DNA from: Botryllus schlosseri
Lineage: Eukaryota
DNA: 64,000 nt
Assembly (NCBI GenBank): GCA_051294905.1
Contig: CM119376.1
Coordinates: 2,108,001-2,172,000, forward strand
Direction: 5' to 3'
The notes beneath the pieces were generated by a model. The model was not told the DNA's origin. It was given only the letters and a program-made list of their open reading frames with translations, and did not search any database. Position numbers and translations under genes: made by a program. This document shows, one piece after another, positions 1-12,708 of the stretch. How positions within the stretch are numbered: the stretch's first letter is position 1; every line of letters begins with the position of its first letter.

Positions 1-443
1 GAGTATTCGAGTATCACTCATTATGACGTCACAACAGAATATGCTATGTCAAAGTTCAAACGTACCTTTTATGCCACTACAAAGAAGATAATGCCTGTTA
101 TTCGCCACATTAAAGATACTTTGGTATTTTTCGACCGTACTGATTTCATTGCACTTCTTGACAATGTTGTGGGATGATTATGACTTCCGAAATGTGTTAT
201 TTCCAGTAACGTTCATAGCTTTTTACTATGTCTCGTATGCTGCGACACGGCCATTCAAGGTTTCAGGGCTTCTTCAGTGGAAAATAGTATCCAAACTATA
301 ATTCTCGTGAGTAAATTAACTTTCAACGGCGGGGAGCGTATAATTACAGTAGTCGAAAGAATCGTATTTTACTACTTTACTCGAATCATTAAAATTATTA
401 CTCGATTCAGATTCGAGTACTCGAATCATTGTGCCCAGCCCTA
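1..443. mobile_element. hAT-type MITE (family H1), left end outside window
   Basis: Ends in TGCCCAGCCCTA (443) with ACTCGA-rich subterminal repeats. Colinear with the complete copy at 53861-54626. Carries the empty SINE target TTGTGGGAT at 167-175. Confidence 0.85.
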
Positions 444-639
444 CTTATTATATGATGAATGGAGTGACGTAATAAGTTTGCAATTTTGTATATTACTATT
501 TGAAGCAACAATATGGAAGCAAATATTGCAATTGTTGTCGTTACTGCTCCTGTCACTGAACGTGCCACTGCGCAAAACCTTAATAAAAAAATAAGGGTAT
601 CGTAATAAGCGTATAAATACAACAATGGTTTTAAAAATA

Positions 640-2870
640 TCTGTAAATTAACTGCATTACTCCAATCTGTATCTCCATTAGCCCATTTATCGAGCCAACC
701 TTTTGATTCAGGAAGATGGTCGAAGTTCAGAAACGCGATTGCGTTCCTACCGCGCAGAAGAAGATCAGCCGGCCAGGGCGGGAAGTGATTCGATCCATAT
801 TGAAATACATTCCTTCCTCTCGACCCAAAGTTGAGAAATTGCTGGAACATCGATGGTTTTATCTTGAGAACAACAAACTATCGGAATAAATCGACAGTTT
901 TTTCCGATCTTTGTATCTGACAAGGTGTCGCTATAGATGCGGACCATGTGTCCCGTTAACTATTTCCAATTCACGTATAGCAGCTTGCCTGTTTGGTGTT
1001 CGGCCTGAGAGAGAAAGGCTGTCACCACTGACTCAAATTCTCGGTGCTATTGGCAATTGACCCTGAAATAAAAGCACTAATATCCTCATTGGCATTTATT
1101 GAATCAGGAGTTTGTGTATAATGTAAAATTAGAGCGTTCGCCACCTGCTCGCCTCGATTACTCCAATTTTCATAGCGATGACGTCAAATTTGGTGAAACA
1201 AATACTGATATACAATGATTTTTCAAATCACTACAAGTTGCTGATGATTACCCCTGAGTGTCAGCCGAAAATATTCAGGTTTATTTCAATATGAATATAT
1301 TATTCAATTGTACACTGCAGCTCTATACCTACAAGAGCCTCATCAAACGGTAAAAATATACGTTAGACCAAAACACATAAAACGAACACACCCCAGAGTA
1401 GTGTTTGAGCGCATCTTACTAAGCTTTCTTGCAGATATCTCCAATGATGCCTTATCATCAAGCAGACTCATTATGGTAAGCGTATATGGTTAGGGAGGTA
1501 CATTAAAACTCATTCATGAAACATAAGACGTTTGATGTTCACAGAGCTTAAGATATGTCAAGCAAGACACGAACTCTACATTTACTAGCTCTAGAAAAGT
1601 GGCATATGATCATAAATGCCTTCCCAAAATTTTCGCCACTGTCGGGTATTCAAAGTGCTGGTTTCTGATATAATTATCAATGTGGCTTGCTGGTAATTGC
1701 AAGGCTCAACACCGCGTTATGAATAGGTAACAGTGATCGCGAGACTCATCGATATAAAATTAGACATCGTAATACACACACCGATATTAGGGATGTTGAG
1801 AATTGTGCGACTTTTAAAAAGTCATGGTTTTCAGTCCGTTTCCCATTCTTTGTGCCGTGAAAACGTATTCCAGGTAATTTTGTCGGTAACTCATCCCTTG
1901 CATCTGTATGCCTGTTGAGCTGGAAGAATATCGGCTAAAAATGGGGGATTCCTCTCTGAAATATGAGTGCCGGGATTTTATTTACCCTATACTAAAATGG
2001 GGTAGGCCTATATGTCAAGGTTTAGGCAGCTGTTTTGGTTTGGAATGATGCAAAACCACAATGTAGATAATATCCTGAGTTCAGGACACCCTTTTGATAT
2101 TGCACACTGCCTTGGAAATCCTCAAACTTACCCAAAACGGAACATCATTTTCACGATTTACCATTTAAAAGAATACAGCGGTAAATGCACCATTCAATCG
2201 CACAGCGGCACTGTGACTATCTTATTTTTCAATGACACGTAAGAGTATGACGGGGAACTGGACAACGAAGAGAAACATTATAACAAATAAATGGATTCAT
2301 TTGACAAAAATCCTATAACAATCAGACTGATGAGTTGATTTTTCGAAATTTTAAAATCGTTCACGGAGATCTTCCACTGCTGTCTTCTGGTATGCATATG
2401 GCGTGGCCGGTATTTAATTTTATCGTACATTTTGCTGGATCTTCAAGTACTTGACCATAATTCCCGAATTCCCGAGTACTCATAAAATGCGGAAACCTAT
2501 ACCATTCTAAAAATGGAAGACACGTCCAATGCTATTGTATCCTCATACCATCAACGTAAACCAATATTCCGTGTCCAGCAAATGAATTATCGAAAACCTG
2601 AGGTAGATCTATGCCGTCTAATTGGTTTACAGTGGCTTTCAGAGTAGTAAATTTAGATGTAGGATCAGATAAATATTGTGCAACTTCAAAATCACTTCCA
2701 TGGGGAGAATCAGCTGCTCGTGCAGATATAGATATGTTCTCTGTATTTTTACTTGGATCTTGCTGCCGCGGTACACCTCTAGCAGAGCAGTCTTTTTCTT
2801 GTTGACCGGGTTTAACTAACACTACTTCGTTATTGGTACAAATCTTTCCTAATCTGGGACCACCAATCAT
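640..2870 (-). pseudogene. Possible degenerate SEFIR (Act1/CIKS-like) domain gene
   Basis: Broken-frame motifs: HGILVYVD followed by a GTATGA donor (~2560); G*VTDKI (~1890); and RIYSDTLSDTKIGKNCRFIPIV...DVP(frameshift)FL...WPADLLLR (~770-945), which resembles Act1 NFRFIPVLF...HVPTWL...WP. Several stops and frameshifts. Confidence 0.3.
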
Positions 2871-3710
2871 GGTAAAATTCTATGCCGTTAAATTTCTTTA
2901 TCAACTGCAAAATTTGCGTTTGGTTCAACTGTCACAGACCAAGGATATGTGGCAACATCACATAGTGAGACTGCATCCGTATGTGTGAGCTATGGGATAT
3001 AGAAAATGAACTCTTGAAGCAATTTCGAAAATTGATTCAAAAATTCGCATTTTAGACGATTAAAGAATTAGAAGACACAACATCCTACCATGATTAGGCA
3101 GGTCTCACATTAGGAATGATTGGCGGCATAGATAAAGTGTTGAAAGTTAAAATCAGACAACAAGAATAAGACTGAACATAACTAGAAGACAACCTACACC
3201 AGCATGAAGTAACGAAGGCGAACTTACAGCTAGAGTACATCCGTATTATATGAACAGGCATATGACAATCCACATGCTAATCGTTGTAATTCATGCATGT
3301 TTTTCACAAGTTTGATAACACGTTCAAGTCCGATTCAAATGAAGATGGCTGACTCGTACAACAGCAAAATACAACCAAATGGACGTAATAATGAAACGAC
3401 GTGTAGGACGAAAGTCAGGAGCGTAAGCAGTTTATATAGCAGTTGGATCAGCCGATCCAAGAATGCTTGATTATGAATAATTGCTAAAATACGAACACAA
3501 TTGAAAATTAACGAATAAACTCAAACAAATGTACTTTGATTATGATCTTGCAGCACTACCATTATGGAAAATTTGCAGTTAAGCCAAGACGTAACGGAAT
3601 ACTTTCCTTTTTCGGACTAAAGCGGTAGGTTTTGCAACTTTCATCAATACTCTAGTGGTTATAAATTGACACTGCCTGCACTTCTATTGAACAGTTTTTA
3701 GGGGAGACTA

Positions 3711-3995
3711 CACTCTCATGGAAAAGAGTGCGCATTCTCACCCAAAGGGCCGAAAAGGGTGGTACACGAAAACAGAACCAAACTCAGAATTATATCGCGG
3801 TCATAAATGCTACGTGGCTACGTGCATACCTTCCTACGTTCCTATCCGTGCAGGTATAATTTGGAATATATTGTTGGCCTCGATTTATACCGCGGTATAA
3901 GTTTGAGGTAGGTTCTAGTTTCGTGTTTCAGCGGTGTATATTCACACCCGTACATCAGGAGTGGTACACGGGTGGGAATACACACTCTTTTCGCA
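3711..3995. repeat. Foldback element with nested imperfect inverted repeats
   Basis: Inner arms 3765-3808 / 3883-3925 and outer arms 3721-3743 / 3970-3992 are reverse-complementary with a few mismatches. Confidence 0.7.
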
Positions 3996-4139
3996 AAAGG
4001 CTTCTGCACACTGGGTTTATGACACGACAATGACAGGTTTTGTTTTTGGGGTATTCATGGTGTTTGTCGACTACTATAGTCATTTACACCAGGCCGATAT
4101 TCTTCTTATTTTCCGTAGCTGCCGACTTATAGCACGGCC

Positions 4140-4312
4140 CACCTCTAGGCTTTTGTAAGACACCGCTGACGCGAATGAGGTGGCGAGGAGGAGCCTAGGT
4201 AAACCTCCAACACTTAGATATCGGAATTCGGAAATCGACCTCGGTCGGAATCGAACCCGCATCCATTGGTGTTGTAGCCGACGATGACAGGTGATTCCCC
4301 AATCGTGTCACT
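4140..4312 (-). mobile_element. tRNA-derived SINE fragment, 5' head cut by a hAT MITE
   Basis: B-box GGTTCGATTCC on the minus strand (4247-4257). AAACCTCCAACACT is shared with the ~48230 region. Abuts the TSD of the 4321-5887 element. Confidence 0.5.
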
Positions 4313-4320
4313 CACTAGAT

Positions 4321-5887
4321 CAGCGGTTCTCAACCTTTTTGGACATGCGCCCCACTTGGCGCAGGTCAATAAAATCCCGCCCCTGTCTCCCCTGTACTTA
4401 TCGTCATGTCAAAAAGAGCATTCCATCTAATATAGATGTAGGCAACCCTGTTGCTAATCACGATCGTATTTCGATTACTTATGTAGCCGCATTCCAGGGC
4501 ATAGCCGTAATGAGCTAACTGGACGCAAAATACCTATGTCCGTCCAGTCCATATCCATTTCCGGTAAACTCTGGACTATTCTACTTTTCACAACGGCTTA
4601 TTGTACGCACCGAAATCGCGAGTGTCAATGTGACGAGTAGTTGCTGGGATTGCATATTGTCGCACCGAGCGCGAAAATTTTTCAGATTCGCGAATGAAAT
4701 CCGTAATTAATAGTAGCAGTATCACATATTACTTTCAAATATTTATCCTTTCTCAGCCCATGCGATCAGATTCACCGGTAAGGTTCATGGAGAGAGTGCT
4801 TTGAAAAATGTAGGGCAAGTTATAAATGATAATGCATCTTCGGGTGGGCCAATTGTTATTAGTCACTTTGTTGCATGCTGTTATTTGTTGGCCCCCCATC
4901 AGGATTGTCGATTGTATCGGTAGTGGATATATAGTGGAAATACGGTGTATGGAAATCACCCAAATGTACAATAAAAAAATCGTGAGTAGCAATGATTCCG
5001 ATTCTGGATCAGATTGAAAAAGAAGCTACTATATTAAAATCGAAAAATGAAGCCATGTTGAATTGCGCGGAACGCGAAGAAAATTTCAAGAGTCTCTCAA
5101 AAAGTTGGTAGCAAATACGCAATTTCAATTTGCATGTCGACGGCGCCAACACATACTAATTAAATTAGGTGTCGACCCCGCACAAATTCCCTTCTACGAC
5201 CGCAGTGCCCATAACTGATCTAATAGTATCCATATGGTATGTCTAACGCCAAGTTTGAATCCGCATTCCAGTTTTTGAGTCTTTAACATTTCGGACAAAT
5301 TTCCCCAAACTTGTTTGAAAATAGCAAAAACATTGAACAGCACATCAATTTATTTCAAGGTAGGGTCGCACCACTGAGACTAATCCTGATGCTGGTAGTG
5401 AATGCAGAGAGCACGGCGTCGTTCTGTACTGCCATGCTAAATTTGATCAGTTTTGGAATTGAATTGAATTGTGTTGATTTAGAGTAGCCTAATTAAGGGC
5501 GAAACCGGGCAACTTACAATGCATCTAAGTCTGTCTTAGGCAGTGCAATTCGCCACGTAATAACAACAGTTGCCAGGCGGACCGAGCTTTAGGCTAACCG
5601 CCAAAGCTTTGAAGCAATGAATGACTTACACCTGGGAATTGCTCTAAATCTTCGAAGAATACAAAAAATTTGCACAAATGAAGTTTAAATCAAGCCTATA
5701 CTCCGTTGAGGGCTACTGCTGGAGTTTGAATTTGGCGAGCTTTCTTGAATATGAAATAAGTTTCGTCGTCAACAAACGTCTTCTCAGAATGGCTGCGTAA
5801 CACATGTTTAGACAGAATTTATACAGACTTTGAAATTTCTCGCGCCCCTCCTGACAGCCTCCCGCGCCCCCGGGTTGAGAACCACTG
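4321..5887. mobile_element. Non-autonomous hAT (Buster/Charlie-like ends)
   Basis: Termini CAGCGGTTCTCAAC ... GTTGAGAACCACTG; perfect 8-bp TSD CACTAGAT (4313-4320, 5888-5895). Confidence 0.9.
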
Positions 5888-7597
5888 CACTAGATCGTGG
5901 CGTAGGGATGCACTTCAATGTTGCCGAGAGCTCGCTGGTGGCAGACAGCGGGCCAAAAAGGATGGATTACTCACAACTAATACCGCTATATGTAATATCT
6001 ATGTACTATATAAATTAACCACCTACGGCACCTGGTAACGAGAGAGTTCTCTTTGTTTATCATTGAAAAAACATCAACTAGTTTCTCTGTTCCTTGTAGA
6101 GATACGTGCCATTCTATCTGTCAATACAACCACTATACACCCTGTAAAAGTCGCAAAAGACCTCGAACAATATGTAGGAAATGATTTGGATCGTACAACG
6201 AAAAATTAACAGCCGGGGCCAACGATACTTACGGCCTAATATAGCACATTACACTTGCAGGATATAAGAGGCCGACACTCCCAAAGAGACATCACGATTC
6301 ACCCAGTATATGTTTTTGCTTTGCTTGTCGACAATACTAGATGCCACCCATCTTGAACCAATATTGCACTCATTTCACTCGGCGAGACCTATAACTAGAC
6401 GGCTGCATCTGGGTATATGTTGCTGTATTGACCGTCTTATACTTGGAATACAAGGTGGGCTACTGTTACTGTGAAGTTGCAATTGCGCTATTCACATTTT
6501 GAGGCAAGGTTTTCGAGCTAGTCGCTAAGTTAGAATTATTATTTAATGATGTCACGATCAGCTAGTACCGTAGAAACAATTGTGTACGATTGCAGTGAAG
6601 ATATGTTTAGGAGCCGTATTGACTATCCGATAGCATCTCAGAATTCATGGTGGTATTTCATGCGGCATTTATGACAGTGAATTTTGACATATTGTATTTA
6701 TGCTTGACGATTAAGGCTTGGTTTAATATATAATTGAACGATAATGGTCAACAAATGTTGTGTTAATGGCTGTAAATCTGGATAGTTAACTGCTTAAAAA
6801 AAGTTTCGTCGTTCCACTTTCCATTTGACGATGCGGAGTTACAAAACAAATGGATATCTTTTGTGAATAGGCGCGATTGGAAGGCAACTCTCAATTTTGT
6901 AATCTGTGAATTGCACTTTGAATCAAAGAACATCAACGATTCAGGCTTGCGAAAACGACTACGTTTGGACGAAAAACCTGTCCCTACCATTCGATCCAGG
7001 CAGGAGCTGCAACGGCCTTCACTCACCCCGAATGTGACTCCGTGCAGAAAGCCACCAAAGAAAGGGGTATTTCAGAAAGATGAGTAAGTACCTTTTCAAA
7101 TGGATGATAGGATATACAGCTTATCAGACATGACGGAGTCCCGTGCTCCACAAGGCTACAGCACGTACAAAAGAGATAACGAATATGTGATATACTACCA
7201 TATGGAATTCAATGATTTCTCAAAGGTTTCGAAGAGCATAATGATTGACGATGAGTTGCATGTTAAGTTGAAGAGGTTGGTTAGCATAGGAACTTCTGGA
7301 TTGTATTGCTACTCTTAATCGCCATGGATTTGCTGTTCGAGGACTAGTGTCGGATAGGCATCCTTCCAATGTAAAAGCATTTAAATTATTGAGAAAAAAA
7401 TACCCTGGAAATGATGAGTTCTTTTTTCATGATCCATCCTGCGCCAAGAAAACGTATCTATATTTCGATACTGTACATCTTGTAAAGAACTTACGAAACA
7501 ATTTCTCCGACTGAAGAAATTTGTTTTTCCTCCATTCTCATTCACTATTGATTCTTTAAGTATATCATCGCCTGGTGGATTCGTTGCATGGAGCGAT

Positions 7598-9800
7598 CAG
7601 CACCGTAACTGCCGCACCCCAAACCCCCCAATTGGGGGGGGGGCTGAGCTCGAAGGGGGCCCAAAATTATTTCCTGAATTAGCATAAATCATAGAGTATT
7701 TTTTGAAATTTTATGCAATTTTTTTGAAATTTTTTCGCGCAGTGCGCGAATTCAGGTAGCCATTTATCTATATTATTAGGTATTGGACCATTACCACGCC
7801 CCGACCCACCAAGACATACAATCAAGTTTTAGGCCATATAACATGCGACTCCAAGAGGTGTGCCAGAACGATCGGCAGCGAGAAAAGCTTGACCAAAAAG
7901 GTCTATGCCCTTATGCAGACCGAAGACTTCGTTATATATACAAAATACTAGGGATGGTGTGAACGTGAGGTTCACGTTCGCGTTCTGTGTGTGAACCTTC
8001 GAAATTTAGGGGTTCACGTTCACAAACGAACCTTGGTAGGTTCTGCAATGCGAACCTTTTTCATATATTACAATTTTCACTTCATTATAACATCTTTGGT
8101 TGAAATTTATTGCATGTCAACTGCGAGCCACTCTATGCGTGGCGCTGGCAGCATAAAAACAAATCAACACTGAATGACCATGCACCTTGAAAATCTCAAA
8201 AATTCTACATGCTTGGTTACAAATGTTTGCTCGAAATATCCAGCTTTACGTTTGTGAATATTTAGTGACTCTGTGATGTGAGCTTGGCCCGCAATCACAC
8301 AAGATCAAGAGGGAAATACGCTATACGTAGGTACTCAACTTAGCCAGGGATATCCCTAACTTAGCGAATGATGCTTATTCAGCCAATCAATGAAACTGAT
8401 ATCGTTGTCTGGTAATAAAAATCTAGCTGCCGTACGGGGTCAATCTTGATTTCATGTGTTTATTGCATCATAAAAAACAAATCGTCGCGACTGGGGTGTT
8501 GGCTACTGCTATATAACTTTTTAATGGGGCAATATCGGTATTAGGTATGGAAACCCGTTTTACGCTCTGCGCAATATCAATGTAGCAATACTCAGACGCC
8601 GAATGCATTGTCTGGTCTGGCCTGGACCGTTAAGTCGTAAGCTTATATTCCCTTGCAAGTCCTCGTTGGCAAAGCGACGGAAGATATTGATTTTATGGGA
8701 TTATTATATGATGTGATTGCCGCAGTTGACACACTTGACGACGTTTGTCGACGTTCACATTATTATAGGCTATCACATCACTGAAATGTAAGTTTGGAAT
8801 TAGCAATATGACGTCACCTGACGTCATGAGGTTCACGTTCGTGTTCACACCATACCTACAAAATACATATAGGTTTAATTCTCCATAGTCGCCTAAATGA
8901 CTGGCGCCGAATGTTCCTGTCTTTGCAATCTGAACCCCACAAGACAAATACCATCCCGTTGGGAAAAATTTTATGCCAGTGAAGAAATACCAATTTGAAA
9001 TCGTGTGCGTCTCTTAGTCTAGAAGCCTACATTTGGACGATTCTATATTTTTTGATATAGCAGACTTGAAGTCACGAAATAACATCATGTGACGAAGTCA
9101 TATCAACGTGTCCGCCAGCCCGAAGATGTTTAATGATTATTTACGGGCCCTCCCGTTTTCAAGACACTTCACTCAGCTCTACCGGTAAATCTAATTACGT
9201 GAGTAGAGAGGACAATAAATTGATAGCATAATATATATGCAATCGCCGATCTGATTGATCGATTTCATCATAAATTATCGAAAATTTTCGCGCATCGCGC
9301 TGGCTCACAGTATAGTACAGACAATTTCGTGACAAACGCGAACAACGTGATGGGGGGGGGGGGTCGTTTCATCACTCTATGGGAGCCCAAGACCCACGTT
9401 TTTAGGGGCCTGACCAGGTGCTGTTTCGTTTCTGCCAACGGGTATACGCCCGAAGATGTTTAATTAATATTGAGTTGTCCTACCTTTTCAAACACACCTC
9501 ACTCAGCTCTACCGGCAAATCTGATTACGCGAGCAGAGAGAAGATAAAAATTGATAACAATTTATGCAATTCCCGATCATACTGACCGATGAAATCATGA
9601 ATTCTAGAAATTTTCCGCGCTTCGCGCGCTTAGGCGTCAAAAGCTGATTCACTAAACAAATTCCCAATGAAAATGATGAATATCGGTAAAAGTGTATCGC
9701 CGGAGGGTTCGCCCCCCAGAAGTTTGGTCTATAACCCTATGGGGGGCCCAAGACCAAAGTTTTTTGGGGAGGGGGCTGACGAAGTGCTGTTACGGCCCTG
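7598..9800. mobile_element. Non-autonomous hAT (family H3) inserted in the P transposase
   Basis: Ends CAGCACCGTAAC ... GTTACGGCCCTG; perfect TSD GGAGCGAT (7590-7597, 9801-9808). The right end is tandemly duplicated (units start at 9118 and 9448). Confidence 0.9.
7949..8858. mobile_element. hAT MITE (family H2) nested in H3
   Basis: TAGGGATGGTGTGAAC ... GTTCACACCATACCTA; perfect TSD CAAAATAC. Confidence 0.92.
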
Positions 9801-10147
9801 GGAGCGATCTTCACAAAATAAGGGAATGTGATGATAAGCTATATTCGAATTAGCGTAAAGCCCCAAAATTGACATTTGCCTCATTGCATCCAAGCAATAA
9901 CAAACAGAATGTCAACTTGGCTCTTGCTCCATTCCATGTGTCAATTATTGCAGCTTGCAAAAGTTATTTGCCTCACAGGGAAGATATGGTTTCATTTTTG
10001 AGTCTTATTAATGCTTGGTGGACAATCGTCAATTGCTGTCAGAGATTTTCAGCAAACCCCTTGGCCAAAGCAGTGGTCCCACAAGTTGCAAAATTTGATT
10101 TTTTACAATACTTTTCTAAGTGGCTTATAAAATGGAATGGATATAAC

Positions 10148-11429
10148 CAGAGGTGGTCAAAGTAGTCAAGAACGCTACTCAAGTAGAAGTAGAAGTAGCG
10201 ACGAAAAAATCTACTCAAGTACAAGTAGAAGTACTTCTCTCATGAGCAACCTAAAACTACTTGAAGTAGAAGTAGAATTGACTGATTTTAAAAGTACTCA
10301 AGTAAGTAAGTAGTTGTGAATACGATGTTAATTCGTTCACATGGATTGTAAAAAGGTGCAAATTGGACCATGCGAAAGGTGACGAGCTTGATTCATATTG
10401 ATGCATACCAGCAGGTATCCAATTTTCGACAGCATAAGGATAAGCATTCGTCCACATCATGGGATGAAAATGATAGTATTTATATGGAAATGCGATACTA
10501 ATCCTCTGTTTACTCAAATAGCACGTTTTAGAAAATATCATGGTATTGCGCACTCCCCCATATTATAAGGCCTGTAGTTTAGTCGAAGAGCAATACGGAG
10601 ATGGTGTGTTGGATACGGTGTAAGCACATTGTGCGATTAGTAAACGTTAATAAAAAATATGGTGGACCGTCAAAATGCTATATTGTGTAGCTTTATTTCT
10701 GGAAATTGAAGGCATTACTACCCTTGCTTTTATACTTCAACATGTACGTTATCCAGACAAGAGAACTGATATTAGTTAGAAATCAAATATATGGTACTGG
10801 GAATTGAAAGTTAAATATAAATCTAAAAACGGAACATGTATTTAATATTTTTAGTCCAGAAAGTTTCGAAGGTTGGTATGCTAAAACAGCTCTAAAACTA
10901 AAGAAAAGTCAGAGTCCACTTTTCCAGATTAGGACACGCCATGGACATCTAGATTACGATATAAGTAAATGCTAAATTGCGAAACATCAGTTTCAAACAT
11001 TATGATAAGCCATATATACTGTGATGAAATATTTGATATGGCGAAGGGTGACAATGCGGTGTGAACGGAACCACGCCAACCCGCTACCTAAATTATATTC
11101 ACCGATACTTTCGTGAAATCATACTGGATACTCCGCATTCACTGCGCGCGAAGCACGACCAAAATTCTAGGCTCAACTCGACTTTTATGAATACGATACT
11201 CCGTGAAAACAGCCCCGAAATTTCTCAGGCTATCTTCCTGATTGGAGGATTAAATTACTTCTACTTGACAAACTGAAAATAGCAAAAAGTAAGTAAGTAG
11301 ATCACAAAATATTATGAATTAGAAGTAGAAGTAGTGAAATTCAGATCTACTTGAGTAAGTACCAGAAGTAGAGGAAAACTACTTGAGTACTTCGAAAAAG
11401 TAGAAGTACTTCGTTACTGACCACCTCTG
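10148..11429. mobile_element. Non-autonomous hAT (family H4) inserted in the P transposase
   Basis: TIR CAGAGGTGGTCA/TGACCACCTCTG; perfect TSD GATATAAC; GTAGAA/TACTCAAG subterminal repeats at both ends. Confidence 0.92.
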
Positions 11430-12708
11430 GATATAACCCCCAGAACTATTGTTTGTCAAAGCAAACCTTCAAAGCTCTGATTGAAACCCTGCAGTCGCAG
11501 TCACTGCTTTGTGCTTATGTAAGACTTGTTAGCAGAAAGGTATGAATATGTGATTCACAGAAAATTCCAAAGTGATCCGATTGAAAGAAGGCTCTCGCGG
11601 TATAGGCAAATGAGTGGGGGGAGATTTCTGGTGGATTTACAAGAAATTACCAGTTATGAAAGATAATTCGGCTCCGCTCCGTCCTCAAAATTGAGGTTAA
11701 CTACTAGGAGCATGATATTGGTGTTTCATGTTCAACTCATTTTGATCATTTCAAACAAGTCATTGAAGATGTGGCGATTGAAATTACCGAATCAGTTCTA
11801 TCTCCCGACAGCGAGGAGGTGTCGTATGTTGTGGCTGGGTACATTGGTAAGAAGGTCATCGAAAAATTGTCTTGTCAAGTATGTCATGATCATCGAGTCC
11901 TTTTTTGATGAGTCCTGTGGCGCAGGTTCACGCTATTTCGACTTACTCGATCGTGGAGGACTGCTTGCTCACTCAGAACCCCTCGCCAAGTTTGTTGCAT
12001 CCAGTCTTTCAATCTCAGATGTTTCTGATAAAATCATCTGCTCTCACCCCCAGGCCGCAGTGAGGGAAGCTGGTCAATACGTTTTGCATCCTTTTGGGGG
12101 ACCTCAAGTTTTGCATGTTGTTATCATCGAGATCGAGCTTTAAAATTGGCGGGCAAAATCATTGTGAACATATATTATAATAACAAGCAGAAGCTGGTAA
12201 ATGCCTCTGTGAAAAAAGATGCTGTGAAGTACTTTAAAAAAACGGAAGTTGAGCAAGACGTAGTTTGCTTACCACAGTCATTCGTTTCACTTGCAGAACT
12301 TCAATGGCTAAGCTTCATGTACGTTTTTCAGAGTAGTTCCAAATGAATGAATTTCATTTTCACGTGATGCTTGAATCTGTTTTACCATACTTTTACATGC
12401 CCAAGTCCTCATCCCCAGATTCTCGTTACATTGTCTTCTTCTGCGTTGGTGGATAAATACATTGTGACGCTGTCACTTGGCTCCTAATTGGGTTGTTTCA
12501 TGTGAAAGTACTAATTTTGCCGGTTATAAGACTTCATTAGACTTGTATGGCGAGGCGTCTGGTATCGAGAAGTAAGATCGCAAACAATCATTGAGTCAGT
12601 CGTGATGTCAGTTTTGTAAGCGTCGGCCTCTTATATCCTGCAAGTGCTGCAATGTGCCGTATTAGGCCGTAAGTATCGTAGGCCCCGTTAAAACACTTTG
12701 ATTTTCTC

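Larger units (their letters stand above)
6744..12250 (+). pseudogene. THAP domain + P-element-type transposase, fragmented
   Basis: THAP from ATG 6744: MVNKCCVNGC...FHFP...KW...ICELHFE...VPTI. Catalytic region GFAVRGLVSD and FDTVHLVKNLRNN (~7340-7500); KQNVNLA (~9900); QSDPIERRLSRYRQMSGG (~11570-11620); YVVAGYIGKK..C..C and RGGLL at the C-terminus. The frame resumes across both inserted hAT elements. Many stops and frameshifts. Confidence 0.88.
6214..12687 (+). mobile_element. P-superfamily (THAP9/Galileo-like) DNA transposon, decayed and interrupted
   Basis: Imperfect TIRs of ~90 bp (6214-~6305 and ~12590-12687; CGGGGCC(A/T)ACGATACTTACGGCCTAAT...) enclose THAP and P-transposase remnants. 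The TSD is not clean; TTAA lies near both ends. Confidence 0.85.
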
